DNA of 62,012 nucleotides from Candidatus Parvarchaeum acidophilus ARMAN-5 (GTDB lineage Archaea > Nanobdellota > Nanobdellia > Parvarchaeales > Parvarchaeaceae), in the NCBI GenBank assembly GCA_002412085.1, contig GG745550.1, positions 1 through 62,012 on the forward strand, read 5' to 3'. Positions 18,747 through 27,263 of this stretch are shown in pieces; positions within the stretch are counted from its first letter, which is position 1; each line of letters starts with the position of its first letter. Both the position numbers and the translations under genes were made by a program. The notes below the pieces were generated by a model that searched no databases, was not told the origin of the DNA, and worked only from the letters and a program-made list of their open reading frames with translations.

Positions 18747-20402
18747 ATGAATATAACGGAAGTTAAAAGGCTTGCAAAAGAATTAGAGTCTCCCAAAAAG
18801 GGCGTAAATGAAATAAATGGTTATATCTCCGAATTAGAAGCCATAGGCTCAAGTGCAGAAGCACATTATAATGGACAAATAGACTTAAGATACAAATCTT
18901 CAGAAGAATTAGTGGACCCAGGTTTTGTGGGAAATCCTGCAGGCTATCACTTTACAAAGGATATATCTAAAAGGTACCATTTTCAACCAGAATATTTCTC
19001 TGTAATGCAAATGTTTGCCACCATAGGTTATAGGCCGATTAGGATAGCAGAATCAGTAGATCCTTCAGCTCTATCAAGCCTTATGAATATGGTGTTAGAG
19101 AAAAAGAAGAACTTGGAAGACAGAGTTATGCAGCTTCTGGGTAGTATAAATACCGTTCTAAAATCTCTTATAGCAATGATATATGAGCTGAAAGAACTTG
19201 ACAGAAATATCTATTTTTATGATGAATTAAAAGATACTAATAAAGAGAAGGCAGAGGCAGCAGAACTGGCTCTTAAAAGGGTTTTTTTAGATACAGTCGA
19301 TTCAAGAAAGGGTGGGGCAAGTCTTTCTGCTCTTTCTCGTTCTCCTACACAAGGCCAGGGTGGCCCTGGATTTATAGATATAATGTCGGTTTTTTATCAG
19401 GTAAAGAGCTTAAAAGAGGTTTCGCAGATTGATAGAAATGAGCAGTATAAAAACATACTTAAAAACAGATACATAGAATATGAGAAATGGAAAGAGATAA
19501 ACGGCAATGATCTAAAAAGCAGGAAGAGTATTCTTTTGCAGTATCTGAAAAGCCAAATGGGCTCCTTTAATCTTTATGTTGATTGGTGTTCCACATATCT
19601 TTCTCTTCTTTCAAAAATGGGATTTAATACGGCCACGAACGCGCAACAATATATGACTGGTGCATCAAAACCTGATACCTTCGAAAACGAATCATTTTCA
19701 GTAACTTCCGTGGGTTTTAAACAAGTATATTCCGGAGAGTATGACGTGGAATACACCAAACTATTCAAGAACAAAGGTCCGGAAATACCAATAAATGTGG
19801 AACCTAAGAGTCTCGGCGGAAGTCTGCTTTCTAGAGGTTATGAAGAAAATAAGAGGTCTTACATATACAATCGAATCAAAAAGTATGGTCCTATGGTTTA
19901 TTCACTTATTAAACTTAAGATGGATTTTAAAGAAAAGCCCAGTAAGGAACCTATACAACCCCCATATGAAGGAACTTTGTACTTTAATATATCTCCGTAT
20001 AGTTTTACACCGGAAGAGTTCTTTCTATATCAAAAAGCGAATCTGGTAAAGATACAAAAAACAGTTTTTGCCGCTGTAGACCAGACAGTATTTAGGTCGC
20101 TTAATGTAATAAAAGCAGACCTTGATAAGTATGTTGCAGAAGCCGAGAAAGAAGAAGCGGAAAAAAATAAACCAAAGAAGCAACAGAAAGAATACGCAAT
20201 TTTTGATATATATCGTTCTTTCAAGGAAGATTTTACGGGTATATCAAAGACATTTTCAGAATTTTCTAATTCTACAGAAAAGCATAAGCAAACTCTAAGT
20301 GAAGACGAAGCAGAGATAATATACTATGCTACTGAATTCAAAGCATTTTTCACGCTCAACTATAAAGTCAGCTTTAGAGTTAGGTTTGTTTGTGGCAAAT
20401 AA
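18747..20402 (+). CDS. hypothetical protein (551 aa, coiled-coil-rich orphan)
   Basis: Long clean ORF with its own TATA. No motif recognised. The C-terminal end may be affected by a frame change (see 20326-20481). Confidence 0.6.
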   Translation: MNITEVKRLAKELESPKKGVNEINGYISELEAIGSSAEAHYNGQIDLRYKSSEELVDPGFVGNPAGYHFTKDISKRYHFQPEYFSVMQMFATIGYRPIRIAESVDPSALSSLMNMVLEKKKNLEDRVMQLLGSINTVLKSLIAMIYELKELDRNIYFYDELKDTNKEKAEAAELALKRVFLDTVDSRKGGASLSALSRSPTQGQGGPGFIDIMSVFYQVKSLKEVSQIDRNEQYKNILKNRYIEYEKWKEINGNDLKSRKSILLQYLKSQMGSFNLYVDWCSTYLSLLSKMGFNTATNAQQYMTGASKPDTFENESFSVTSVGFKQVYSGEYDVEYTKLFKNKGPEIPINVEPKSLGGSLLSRGYEENKRSYIYNRIKKYGPMVYSLIKLKMDFKEKPSKEPIQPPYEGTLYFNISPYSFTPEEFFLYQKANLVKIQKTVFAAVDQTVFRSLNVIKADLDKYVAEAEKEEAEKNKPKKQQKEYAIFDIYRSFKEDFTGISKTFSEFSNSTEKHKQTLSEDEAEIIYYATEFKAFFTLNYKVSFRVRFVCGK

Positions 20403-20481
20403 AGATTCTGCGTATATATACGATGAGTCAAAGAAGAGAGTTGGTCTTCTAAATTGGAAGCCGCCTTTTTCGGTTAACTGA
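20326..20481 (+). CDS. overlapping 51-aa ORF or +1-shifted C-terminal continuation of the 551-aa protein
   Basis: Frame 1 reads MLLNSKHFSRSTIKSALELGLFVANKDSAYIYDESKKRVGLLNWKPPFSVN*. It ends 2 nt before the next ATG (20484). Confidence 0.3.
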   Translation: MLLNSKHFSRSTIKSALELGLFVANKDSAYIYDESKKRVGLLNWKPPFSVN

Positions 20482-20483
20482 TT

Positions 20484-20657
20484 ATGAACAAAAAAGGACA
20501 GATGCCTATTACCGAGATAATTGCGATAATACTAGCTATAATAGTATTATTTGCCGGGATTGTGATAGCTTTAATATTCTCTGGAGCAGCTACGACTATA
20601 GGGAAAGATATAACAAATGTTTTCTCATTCAGCTGGCTTTTTGGTAAGGGGTTATGA
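20484..20657 (+). CDS. 57-aa single-TM mini-protein, class III signal peptide-like N-terminus
   Basis: MNKKGQ/MPITEIIAIILAIIVLFAGIVIALIF... Below the ORF-track cutoff. Its stop overlaps the next start (ATGA). Confidence 0.5.
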   Translation: MNKKGQMPITEIIAIILAIIVLFAGIVIALIFSGAATTIGKDITNVFSFSWLFGKGL

Positions 20658-20824
20658 AAAATAAAGGAGTTGTAAGCGGTGTTTTTCTTTATATAATACT
20701 CATAATAATCGGTATATTCCTTATTATAATATTTCTCGAGCTTTTCACACCTTATAAATTTACCAGTCTTTTTAAGGATTTTGTAGCAAAATCAGTAAGT
20801 ACAAATATAACAGGGTATACTTAA
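20654..20824 (+). CDS. 56-aa single-TM mini-protein
   Basis: MKNKGVVSGVFLYIILIIIGIFLIIIFLELF... Overlaps the previous stop in an ATGA arrangement. Confidence 0.5.
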   Translation: MKNKGVVSGVFLYIILIIIGIFLIIIFLELFTPYKFTSLFKDFVAKSVSTNITGYT

Positions 20825-20825
20825 T

Positions 20826-20966
20826 ATGAACAATAAAGGAGTCGAGAGTTACATACTTTTGATAATAATAACACTGATAATTCTAATAATAGTGATAGTT
20901 TTCTATTTGTTTCTATTTTCGCCCTCTTTACTTCATAAATTAATACCTTCAGTTCCAAACATATAA
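20826..20966 (+). CDS. 46-aa single-TM mini-protein
   Basis: MNNKGVESYILLIIITLIILIIVIVFYLFLF... Starts 1 nt after the previous stop. Confidence 0.45.
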   Translation: MNNKGVESYILLIIITLIILIIVIVFYLFLFSPSLLHKLIPSVPNI

Positions 20967-20967
20967 C

Positions 20968-21129
20968 ATGGAAGCTGTGTGGTATTATATCATTGCGATT
21001 ATACTTGGCATAACTCTGGTACTAGTCTATATCTTTTTTGTGGGCCCTTCCGCATTATCAAAGGACATTTCTAGCTTTTTTTCAGGTATACTTTCACCAA
21101 TAACTAATTCGTTTAAAAGTGTCTCTTAA
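20968..21129 (+). CDS. 53-aa single-TM mini-protein
   Basis: MEAVWYYIIAIILGITLVLVYIFFVG... Starts 1 nt after the previous stop. Confidence 0.4.
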   Translation: MEAVWYYIIAIILGITLVLVYIFFVGPSALSKDISSFFSGILSPITNSFKSVS

Positions 21130-21161
21130 GATTTTTATACTGTCATCTGTTAATAGGGATT

Positions 21162-21737
21162 ATGATTACTTATAGCGAATTCCTTAGAATAAGAAGACAG
21201 GAACAGGAGGACAGCAGGACCATTACTAGACTTACAGATGAAATGCTGGAGGAGATGAAAGAGTATATTGCCATAAATAAAAACTCATTGGATGAAGCCA
21301 AAAAACTAGGCGATGAGCACAGGATAGATGAGATAAATACACAAATAAAGAATGCAATTTCTACGCTGGAACAGATACTAAACGCAAGGATGTTAAAGAT
21401 AGCTTCTTTAGCCATACTTAACGTGGACAGTGAACAGGCTAAGATGAACATGTTATCCAAAGAGAGAATACTTTTTGATAATTTTCTACGTTTGTCAAAG
21501 GAGCATAAATCTTCAATAATAAATGAGATAAAATCAATTGAGCCCAAAAAGCTGCAAAAAGTGGAATCAGATGACAATGACAGGGAAAAAGTAGTTATAA
21601 AAGTCATTTCAGACATACCAAAATTCGTTTGGAGAAACGATAAATCTTATGGCCCATTTACTTTTCCGAATATAATAGAAATAGATAAAGACGTTGCCGA
21701 TATTCTAATAAAGAGCGGAAAAGCAGAGAGTGCTTAA
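21162..21737 (+). CDS. GINS-like DNA replication complex subunit (Gins51/Gins15-type)
   Basis: Helical A-domain (LRIRRQEQEDS..LT.L..EM.EEMKEYI ... ARMLKIASLA) plus a small C-terminal B-domain (VVIKVISDIPKFVWRNDKSYGPF...IIEIDKDVADILIKSGKAE). Adjacent to a replication/repair helicase. Confidence 0.55.
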   Translation: MITYSEFLRIRRQEQEDSRTITRLTDEMLEEMKEYIAINKNSLDEAKKLGDEHRIDEINTQIKNAISTLEQILNARMLKIASLAILNVDSEQAKMNMLSKERILFDNFLRLSKEHKSSIINEIKSIEPKKLQKVESDDNDREKVVIKVISDIPKFVWRNDKSYGPFTFPNIIEIDKDVADILIKSGKAESA

Positions 21738-23264
21738 ATGACATTTTTTACGAAAAAAATAGACGACAGAGAATATCAGAAAAATATATTTGAGACCTGT
21801 AAATCAGGTAATACTTTAGTAGTGCTTCCTACAGGGTTAGGTAAGACAATCATAAGTGCTATGCTTGCAGATTATCGGCTGGAGAAATATCCAAATTCAA
21901 AGGTCCTTTTTTTGGCTCCAACAAAACCGCTTATAAACCAGCATATGAAGACCTTCTCTAATATTATGGATATTAAGATAGGCACGGCAAGTGGCTCAGT
22001 ATCTAGCAAAAAAAGATCCGAGATGTATCTGGAAAATCAATTGATATTTGCTACTCCTCAAACAATTGAAAACGACATAAAAAATGAGGTTATAGACTTC
22101 TCATCTTTTAGTCTGCTTATCGTCGACGAGGCACATCACACCGTTGGCAATTACTCTTATGTTAAGATTGCAAAGGATTACACAACTGGAAGTGCACATC
22201 CTCTTATACTTGGTTTAACGGCCTCTCCTGCATCCGAAAGAGAGAAAATAAGAACAATATGTAATAACCTGGGAATAACGAACGTAGAGATAAGATCAGA
22301 AGAGGATCCAGATGTTTCTCCTTATATAGAGAACAAAGAAGTGGAAGTGATTACAGTCAATATGCCATTGGAGATAGCAGATCTTTCAATTAAAGTAAAA
22401 GAAATGATAAACAGCGCTATACTAGAACTGCAAAGTTCAGGTTTGCTTAAAAACGTACAGCAGAGCAGGATAAATCGGGTGACTATACTGCTTTTACAGA
22501 AAAGCTTACAAACACAGATGTTCAGCGGCAGGCGTTCGTTCTACTTGATAAGAGGTATAATCCTAACATCAAAGCTAATGAAATTATATCATGCATATGG
22601 GCTTGTCAGTACTCAGAGCCTTTCCGCTTTTTTTAATTTTTTAGTAAAAATAGAAAAAGGTAAAGCAAAAACGGATAAAGAATTAGTATCGGATCCAAAA
22701 TTTCTTCAAATCAAAGAGAAAACTGAGGATTTACTAAAAAAGGGTATAGAACATCCAAAATTAGAGCAACTCGTACAACTTCTTAAAAATAACTTTTCAG
22801 AAGATAAGAAGGCAATAATATTCGCGCAATATAGAGACACAGTCGACGCAATATACTCGAGGATAAGTTCCATGGAAAATATAAGACCAGTAAGGTTTAT
22901 AGGACAAGGAAAGGGAGGTTTGTCACAAAAAGAGCAGGTAAATATAATAAGTGATTTCGAGTCTGGCGTATACAATGTATTAGTTTCTACAAGTGTTAGT
23001 GAAGAAGGTATGTCAATAAGAGGGGTTGATATCGCAGTATTTTATGAGACAATACCAAGTGCAATAAGAAACATACAAAGAAGAGGCAGAGTTGGAAGGT
23101 TTGCAGCAGGAAAAGTATTCATATTGATAACAAAAGGAACCAACGACGAAAGTTACTATTGGCTATCCAAAAGAAGAGAGAAAAGCATGAAGAAAATAAT
23201 AAAAAACATACAGGAAAATCCGGAAAATATAAAACAAGATGGCACGCTTAATCCATTTGCTTAA
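21738..23264 (+). CDS. hef: Hef/FANCM-like SF2 helicase (helicase module only)
   Basis: Walker A LPTGLGKT, DEAH box VDEAHH, TASP, and a C-terminal RecA-like domain with QRRGRVGR. At 508 aa no ERCC4 nuclease domain is present. Confidence 0.8.
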   Translation: MTFFTKKIDDREYQKNIFETCKSGNTLVVLPTGLGKTIISAMLADYRLEKYPNSKVLFLAPTKPLINQHMKTFSNIMDIKIGTASGSVSSKKRSEMYLENQLIFATPQTIENDIKNEVIDFSSFSLLIVDEAHHTVGNYSYVKIAKDYTTGSAHPLILGLTASPASEREKIRTICNNLGITNVEIRSEEDPDVSPYIENKEVEVITVNMPLEIADLSIKVKEMINSAILELQSSGLLKNVQQSRINRVTILLLQKSLQTQMFSGRRSFYLIRGIILTSKLMKLYHAYGLVSTQSLSAFFNFLVKIEKGKAKTDKELVSDPKFLQIKEKTEDLLKKGIEHPKLEQLVQLLKNNFSEDKKAIIFAQYRDTVDAIYSRISSMENIRPVRFIGQGKGGLSQKEQVNIISDFESGVYNVLVSTSVSEEGMSIRGVDIAVFYETIPSAIRNIQRRGRVGRFAAGKVFILITKGTNDESYYWLSKRREKSMKKIIKNIQENPENIKQDGTLNPFA

Positions 23265-23734
23265 GATCCAAATATCTCATCTTCACATTTTCCTCCAGCT
23301 TTATAAACTATACCATCTACAGACACGTTGCTTCCAGAGGTGTTACCTATAATAACAGTATTTGTAGATAGATCAACTGGTGTAAAAGTTTTAGAGAAAC
23401 TGCTTGTGCCAACAGAATAATTTCCAACGAGTTCTATTTTGCCAGGATCAGATGCTATTATATTATTCATATATACTTTGTATACAAGACCAACTGCACC
23501 ATCAGATACGGATACATGGAATACATTAGGTTTTGAAGCAGTACTTAAATTCGTAATGTTTACACTACAAGGTACTGGGTTACCAGTTCCAGTAGAAACA
23601 ATCCCTGTGGGCAAAAGCGAAAAATGAAATACGGAACTTGCTATAACGACCCCAAGTACTATAAATGAGATATACAGGATTATTACAATGAACGTTTCTA
23701 TCGCACTCGATCCCTTTATTTTGTTACTGCGCAT
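23261..23734 (-). CDS. class III signal peptide (pilin-like) protein
   Basis: MRSNKIKG/SSAIETFIVIILYISFIVLGVV, then a Ser/Thr/Asn/Gly-rich beta-type domain. Confidence 0.6.
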   Translation of the reverse strand: MRSNKIKGSSAIETFIVIILYISFIVLGVVIASSVFHFSLLPTGIVSTGTGNPVPCSVNITNLSTASKPNVFHVSVSDGAVGLVYKVYMNNIIASDPGKIELVGNYSVGTSSFSKTFTPVDLSTNTVIIGNTSGSNVSVDGIVYKAGGKCEDEIFGS

Positions 23735-25176
23735 ATATACATAACATCTCTACCTAGAAAATAGTTTTTTGTATGGCTTATCTCTTGTGGAAGCGAATCA
23801 AAGAAATAGAATATGGATTGCGCACATTGCTCTAACCCAGTAGCAGCTATCGCGCCATAAAGAACCTTTTTTGTATATATAGCTGCGTTTGGAGCGATAT
23901 CATCTTTACATATTGTATTATTATAACATTCTGCCGTAGTGAACCCTGCCAGTGCTGTACCAGCTATTATCCCACTAGTTGAAGGAGAAAGAACATCTGC
24001 GGCAACTCCCGAGACTACGGCACGACTACATTCATCTTCTATACCTGCAGTAGGGTAATTGTTTAGGAATGTAGCCGGTTCGCATTCACTAGGAAGGCTT
24101 ATACTGTTAGGCGCAAATCTAGTCCCAACAAGCGAATTTAAATAAACTATATAAAGTTGTGCGTGATTTATCGATTTACTGCTGTTAGGATCTACAAATC
24201 CATTCTGACTATCATTGCTTAGATTTTTAAAGCTGAATATAAGGTTAGTCCCGGGTCTAAGGTAATCCGCATAAGATTCATTTATTATAGAAGTGCTTTT
24301 TACCGGTTCTGTGAGAGTGCATGACGGAGGTGCGGAATATTGATTTACCACACTATTGTACTGAACGGTACAGTTGTTTCCGCTGCAGAAATTAGTGTAA
24401 AGATCAGTACAGACTTGCGTGTTTCCCGTAGAGTTAGCGCATGTTCCAAGTTTAGTGTTAAACGAACAGCCCTGTGAAGCTTCACAAAGATCAGCTGTCA
24501 TGTTTGCAGCTGCGTTCGGAAAAGTAGTACCGTTAAGAGGTATATAACTTGGCGTAAATGAATAACCTGCTGTATCTCTACATTGGAAATAACTTGATGA
24601 TGTAGCTTCGCAGATACTTGGTTGATTAATATCACATGTAAAACCATTGGGATTGCTTGAGGATATTGGGTCGGAGCAGGATTGTACAGCTGTATGGTTT
24701 AAGCAGCTTACTTGCGTGGTGTAAGTATTAGTCTCAAGGTACTGCGTTAGGTTGTTTATAGTTAAATTTTGATTAGTATTTACATCTATTACACCGCATG
24801 TTGCTGGGCTATTTGGTAGAACTGTTAAACCTTGTTGAGCGCCGTACTCATTCCAGCATGATGTAGCAAGTGTAGAAGTACCTGCAAAAACTTGTGATGC
24901 TGTTGATCCAGAGCTATATGCGCTAGTTGCAGTAGTGCATCCGAAAAGAGGTGGCGATATTCCTGCGCTTTTAAGTGCACCGCTAATACAGAAAAAGTTA
25001 GATACACATAACCCATTATAATAAAAATTAGTAAATTCTGCACTTACATGACATATACTGCTATTTGAAAGATTTACTCCTACTAAAAGCAAATAGCCAG
25101 CTACGGCTACTATTACTATTATAACGATAACGGCAAAAATTATGAATATAAATGATTCTCCGGGGGTCTCTGCCAT
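23716..25176 (-). CDS. cysteine-rich exported/surface protein with N-terminal hydrophobic anchor
   Basis: MAETPGESFIFIIFAVIVIIVIVAVAG, then a 460-aa Asn/Ser/Thr-rich domain with 24 Cys by hand count and many N-x-S/T sequons. Confidence 0.6.
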   Translation of the reverse strand: MAETPGESFIFIIFAVIVIIVIVAVAGYLLLVGVNLSNSSICHVSAEFTNFYYNGLCVSNFFCISGALKSAGISPPLFGCTTATSAYSSGSTASQVFAGTSTLATSCWNEYGAQQGLTVLPNSPATCGVIDVNTNQNLTINNLTQYLETNTYTTQVSCLNHTAVQSCSDPISSSNPNGFTCDINQPSICEATSSSYFQCRDTAGYSFTPSYIPLNGTTFPNAAANMTADLCEASQGCSFNTKLGTCANSTGNTQVCTDLYTNFCSGNNCTVQYNSVVNQYSAPPSCTLTEPVKSTSIINESYADYLRPGTNLIFSFKNLSNDSQNGFVDPNSSKSINHAQLYIVYLNSLVGTRFAPNSISLPSECEPATFLNNYPTAGIEDECSRAVVSGVAADVLSPSTSGIIAGTALAGFTTAECYNNTICKDDIAPNAAIYTKKVLYGAIAATGLEQCAQSIFYFFDSLPQEISHTKNYFLGRDVMYICAVTK

Positions 25177-25217
25177 ATCTAATTAATCATTCAATAAAAT
25201 AAATAGTATCTATATAT

Positions 25218-26105
25218 TCAACTCTGAGGTATACATACAAATACTCTGCTTTGACTGTATACCATGTAATTACTAAGTTTTCCGCACAGAGGAACATAAT
25301 AATCACAGCCGGAATTTTCGTTTATTATGCTTTTAGATGGATTGCCATTGCTAAGAGAGCTGACTGTTTCAAATGTGCTGTTGGTTGTCTGGTTTAGATT
25401 ATTACAGGAATTTTTATTGCTTATTATGGGTTGATCATATTCCGATGTATAAGTACACTGGTCTTTGAAACTTATCTGGCAGTTGTTTGTACCTTTACTA
25501 GGATAACCGAAATAAGTTACGATATAACTGCCGTTAATAAGTTTATCAGACGGAGAAGCGTATTGTGCGTTTCCATTACTCCCATTCGTTATAAAAACTA
25601 TTTGGAGAGGATAACTACCATTGTAATTTGTGTCGATATAACTTATTATTGATGAATAATTTACATCGTTTGATGTAATTATTGATCCGTCATAACAATT
25701 GAACATTTGGTTAAGGTTCTTCGCTGAAATGATATCTGAGCCAACTGCCGCATTTCCGCTAGCAAATAGAGAAAAGCATGAAGATGCTTGTGTATAGAAC
25801 TGCGATGCGAAACCAGAAACAGAGTTTTCATCTATGTTTGTATTCTGCAGGCAATTCTTTTGAACCTGTGAAGACTGAGTCGGACTAACAGCTATATTTG
25901 AAATTCCCAAAGCGGAAGTAATTCCAGTAAAAGGCGCAAGAAAAGTGTTCACAATTTTGTATTGTGTAAAAGATGTAAAACAGTTAAGCCCAAAGCCAAG
26001 TGTTCCGAATGAAGTTATAAGCGAAAAAGAGACTACCGTTAATATTATTGCCGCTATTACTACAAATATTACAAAAACTATAGTAAGAAGGATTCCTTCC
26101 TCCAT
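25218..26105 (-). CDS. cysteine-containing exported/surface protein with N-terminal TM anchor
   Basis: MEEGILLTIVFVIFVVIAAIILTVV, then an N/S/T-rich domain with 10 Cys. Its start overlaps the upstream stop by 1 nt. Confidence 0.55.
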   Translation of the reverse strand: MEEGILLTIVFVIFVVIAAIILTVVSFSLITSFGTLGFGLNCFTSFTQYKIVNTFLAPFTGITSALGISNIAVSPTQSSQVQKNCLQNTNIDENSVSGFASQFYTQASSCFSLFASGNAAVGSDIISAKNLNQMFNCYDGSIITSNDVNYSSIISYIDTNYNGSYPLQIVFITNGSNGNAQYASPSDKLINGSYIVTYFGYPSKGTNNCQISFKDQCTYTSEYDQPIISNKNSCNNLNQTTNSTFETVSSLSNGNPSKSIINENSGCDYYVPLCGKLSNYMVYSQSRVFVCIPQS

Positions 26106-26263
26106 TATGACCCTCCTAGTAGATTACCAAAATAAGAAAATGGAGAAGCTCCGTGAGAACTGGTATAAAATAGTAAAACTACCAATGCTATTGCCATTAT
26201 GGCGGTTATTATTACTAACATAATCCATATCAAACGCCATTCTACACTTGCTTTATTATTCAT
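26105..26263 (-). CDS. 52-aa single-TM mini-protein (pilin-like N-terminus)
   Basis: MNNKASVEWRLIWIMLVIITAIMAIALVVLLFY... The internal Met of the listed 64-aa ORF is chosen because it abuts the upstream stop (26265). Confidence 0.45.
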   Translation of the reverse strand: MNNKASVEWRLIWIMLVIITAIMAIALVVLLFYTSSHGASPFSYFGNLLGGS

Positions 26264-26264
26264 A

Positions 26265-26774
26265 TTACTGCTGGGCACATGCAGGGCAGTATGGGCCATC
26301 TCCCGAAATGCATGAAGGATTGCTTATGTCACAATTCTGTATGTCTGTTGCATTGTTTGCGACTATAGTGCTGTCTGCACAGCTCTCAAGATCCGCAGTA
26401 TTTGTAGGGGATACAACACTACATGCGCTGACTATTGTAGAGTTAGGATTACCTATACAATTCTGTACGGCTGCCTGGTTTCCTTTTCCATTTACGAAAT
26501 TATAATAGTAACACCAGTGAGTTATACATGTCTGATGAGCAGTTGCGGCATCAAAACAGGCATTTGTTAGGTAGCATCTAAAAAGAGGAGTTCCCTCCAT
26601 TCTGTTAGTGTACCCATATTCGGCGCTAGTGAACTGATTTTGAAGGATATTTGTCGAAGAATCGCAGCCTATAGGAAATATGGAGGAGTAATTCCCATAA
26701 AAAAGGAAGAACATTGTAAGTGAAATTACTATTCCAATAAGGATCTCAAAAAAAAGAAACTGCTCTACATCCAT
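26265..26774 (-). CDS. cysteine-rich exported protein with N-terminal TM anchor
   Basis: MDVEQFLFFEILIGIVISLTMFFLF, then a domain with 12 Cys, ending ...CISGDGPYCPACAQQ. Confidence 0.55.
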   Translation of the reverse strand: MDVEQFLFFEILIGIVISLTMFFLFYGNYSSIFPIGCDSSTNILQNQFTSAEYGYTNRMEGTPLFRCYLTNACFDAATAHQTCITHWCYYYNFVNGKGNQAAVQNCIGNPNSTIVSACSVVSPTNTADLESCADSTIVANNATDIQNCDISNPSCISGDGPYCPACAQQ

Positions 26775-26813
26775 TCAATCTTTAGTATACATCGGTTTAA
26801 ATCTTTTTTTATA

Positions 26814-27221
26814 TTATATTTTTGTTTTATCTACTAAGATTACTTCAAACCATTTGCTTTTTCCGTCTTCTATAAGGAAATACGAACCCACTACTTTCAT
26901 GTTCTTAAATACTTTGGAAACTCTGTTTCTTGCTATCTGTTCCTTACTAACTGCTAATTTGTAGTATATACCGCTCTTACTCGGTCTCCTGGCATGGTTT
27001 GGTCGAGGTCTTCTAAAATCACCTTTTCCGACTCTTACTCTAACAACAACATACCCTTGTTTTGCTTTATAGCCCACAGATTTAGCTCTTGTAATTTTTG
27101 TAGGTTTATCAACTCTTGTCATTATAGGCTGTTTTCTTACATCCTGTAATATTTCTTTCTTTCTAATATCATTTTTGTACATCGCCATTTCATTTGCGTG
27201 TATATATTTGAATGATCCCAT
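26814..27221 (-). CDS. rpl15e: ribosomal protein L15e (short form)
   Basis: RAKSVGYKAKQGYVVVRVRVGKGDFRRPRP..RRPSK and KWFEVILVD are diagnostic L15e blocks. Confidence 0.85.
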   Translation of the reverse strand: MGSFKYIHANEMAMYKNDIRKKEILQDVRKQPIMTRVDKPTKITRAKSVGYKAKQGYVVVRVRVGKGDFRRPRPNHARRPSKSGIYYKLAVSKEQIARNRVSKVFKNMKVVGSYFLIEDGKSKWFEVILVDKTKI

Positions 27222-27263
27222 AAAGAATATGTTAAAGATTATAAGTATAAATATCTAACTTCT

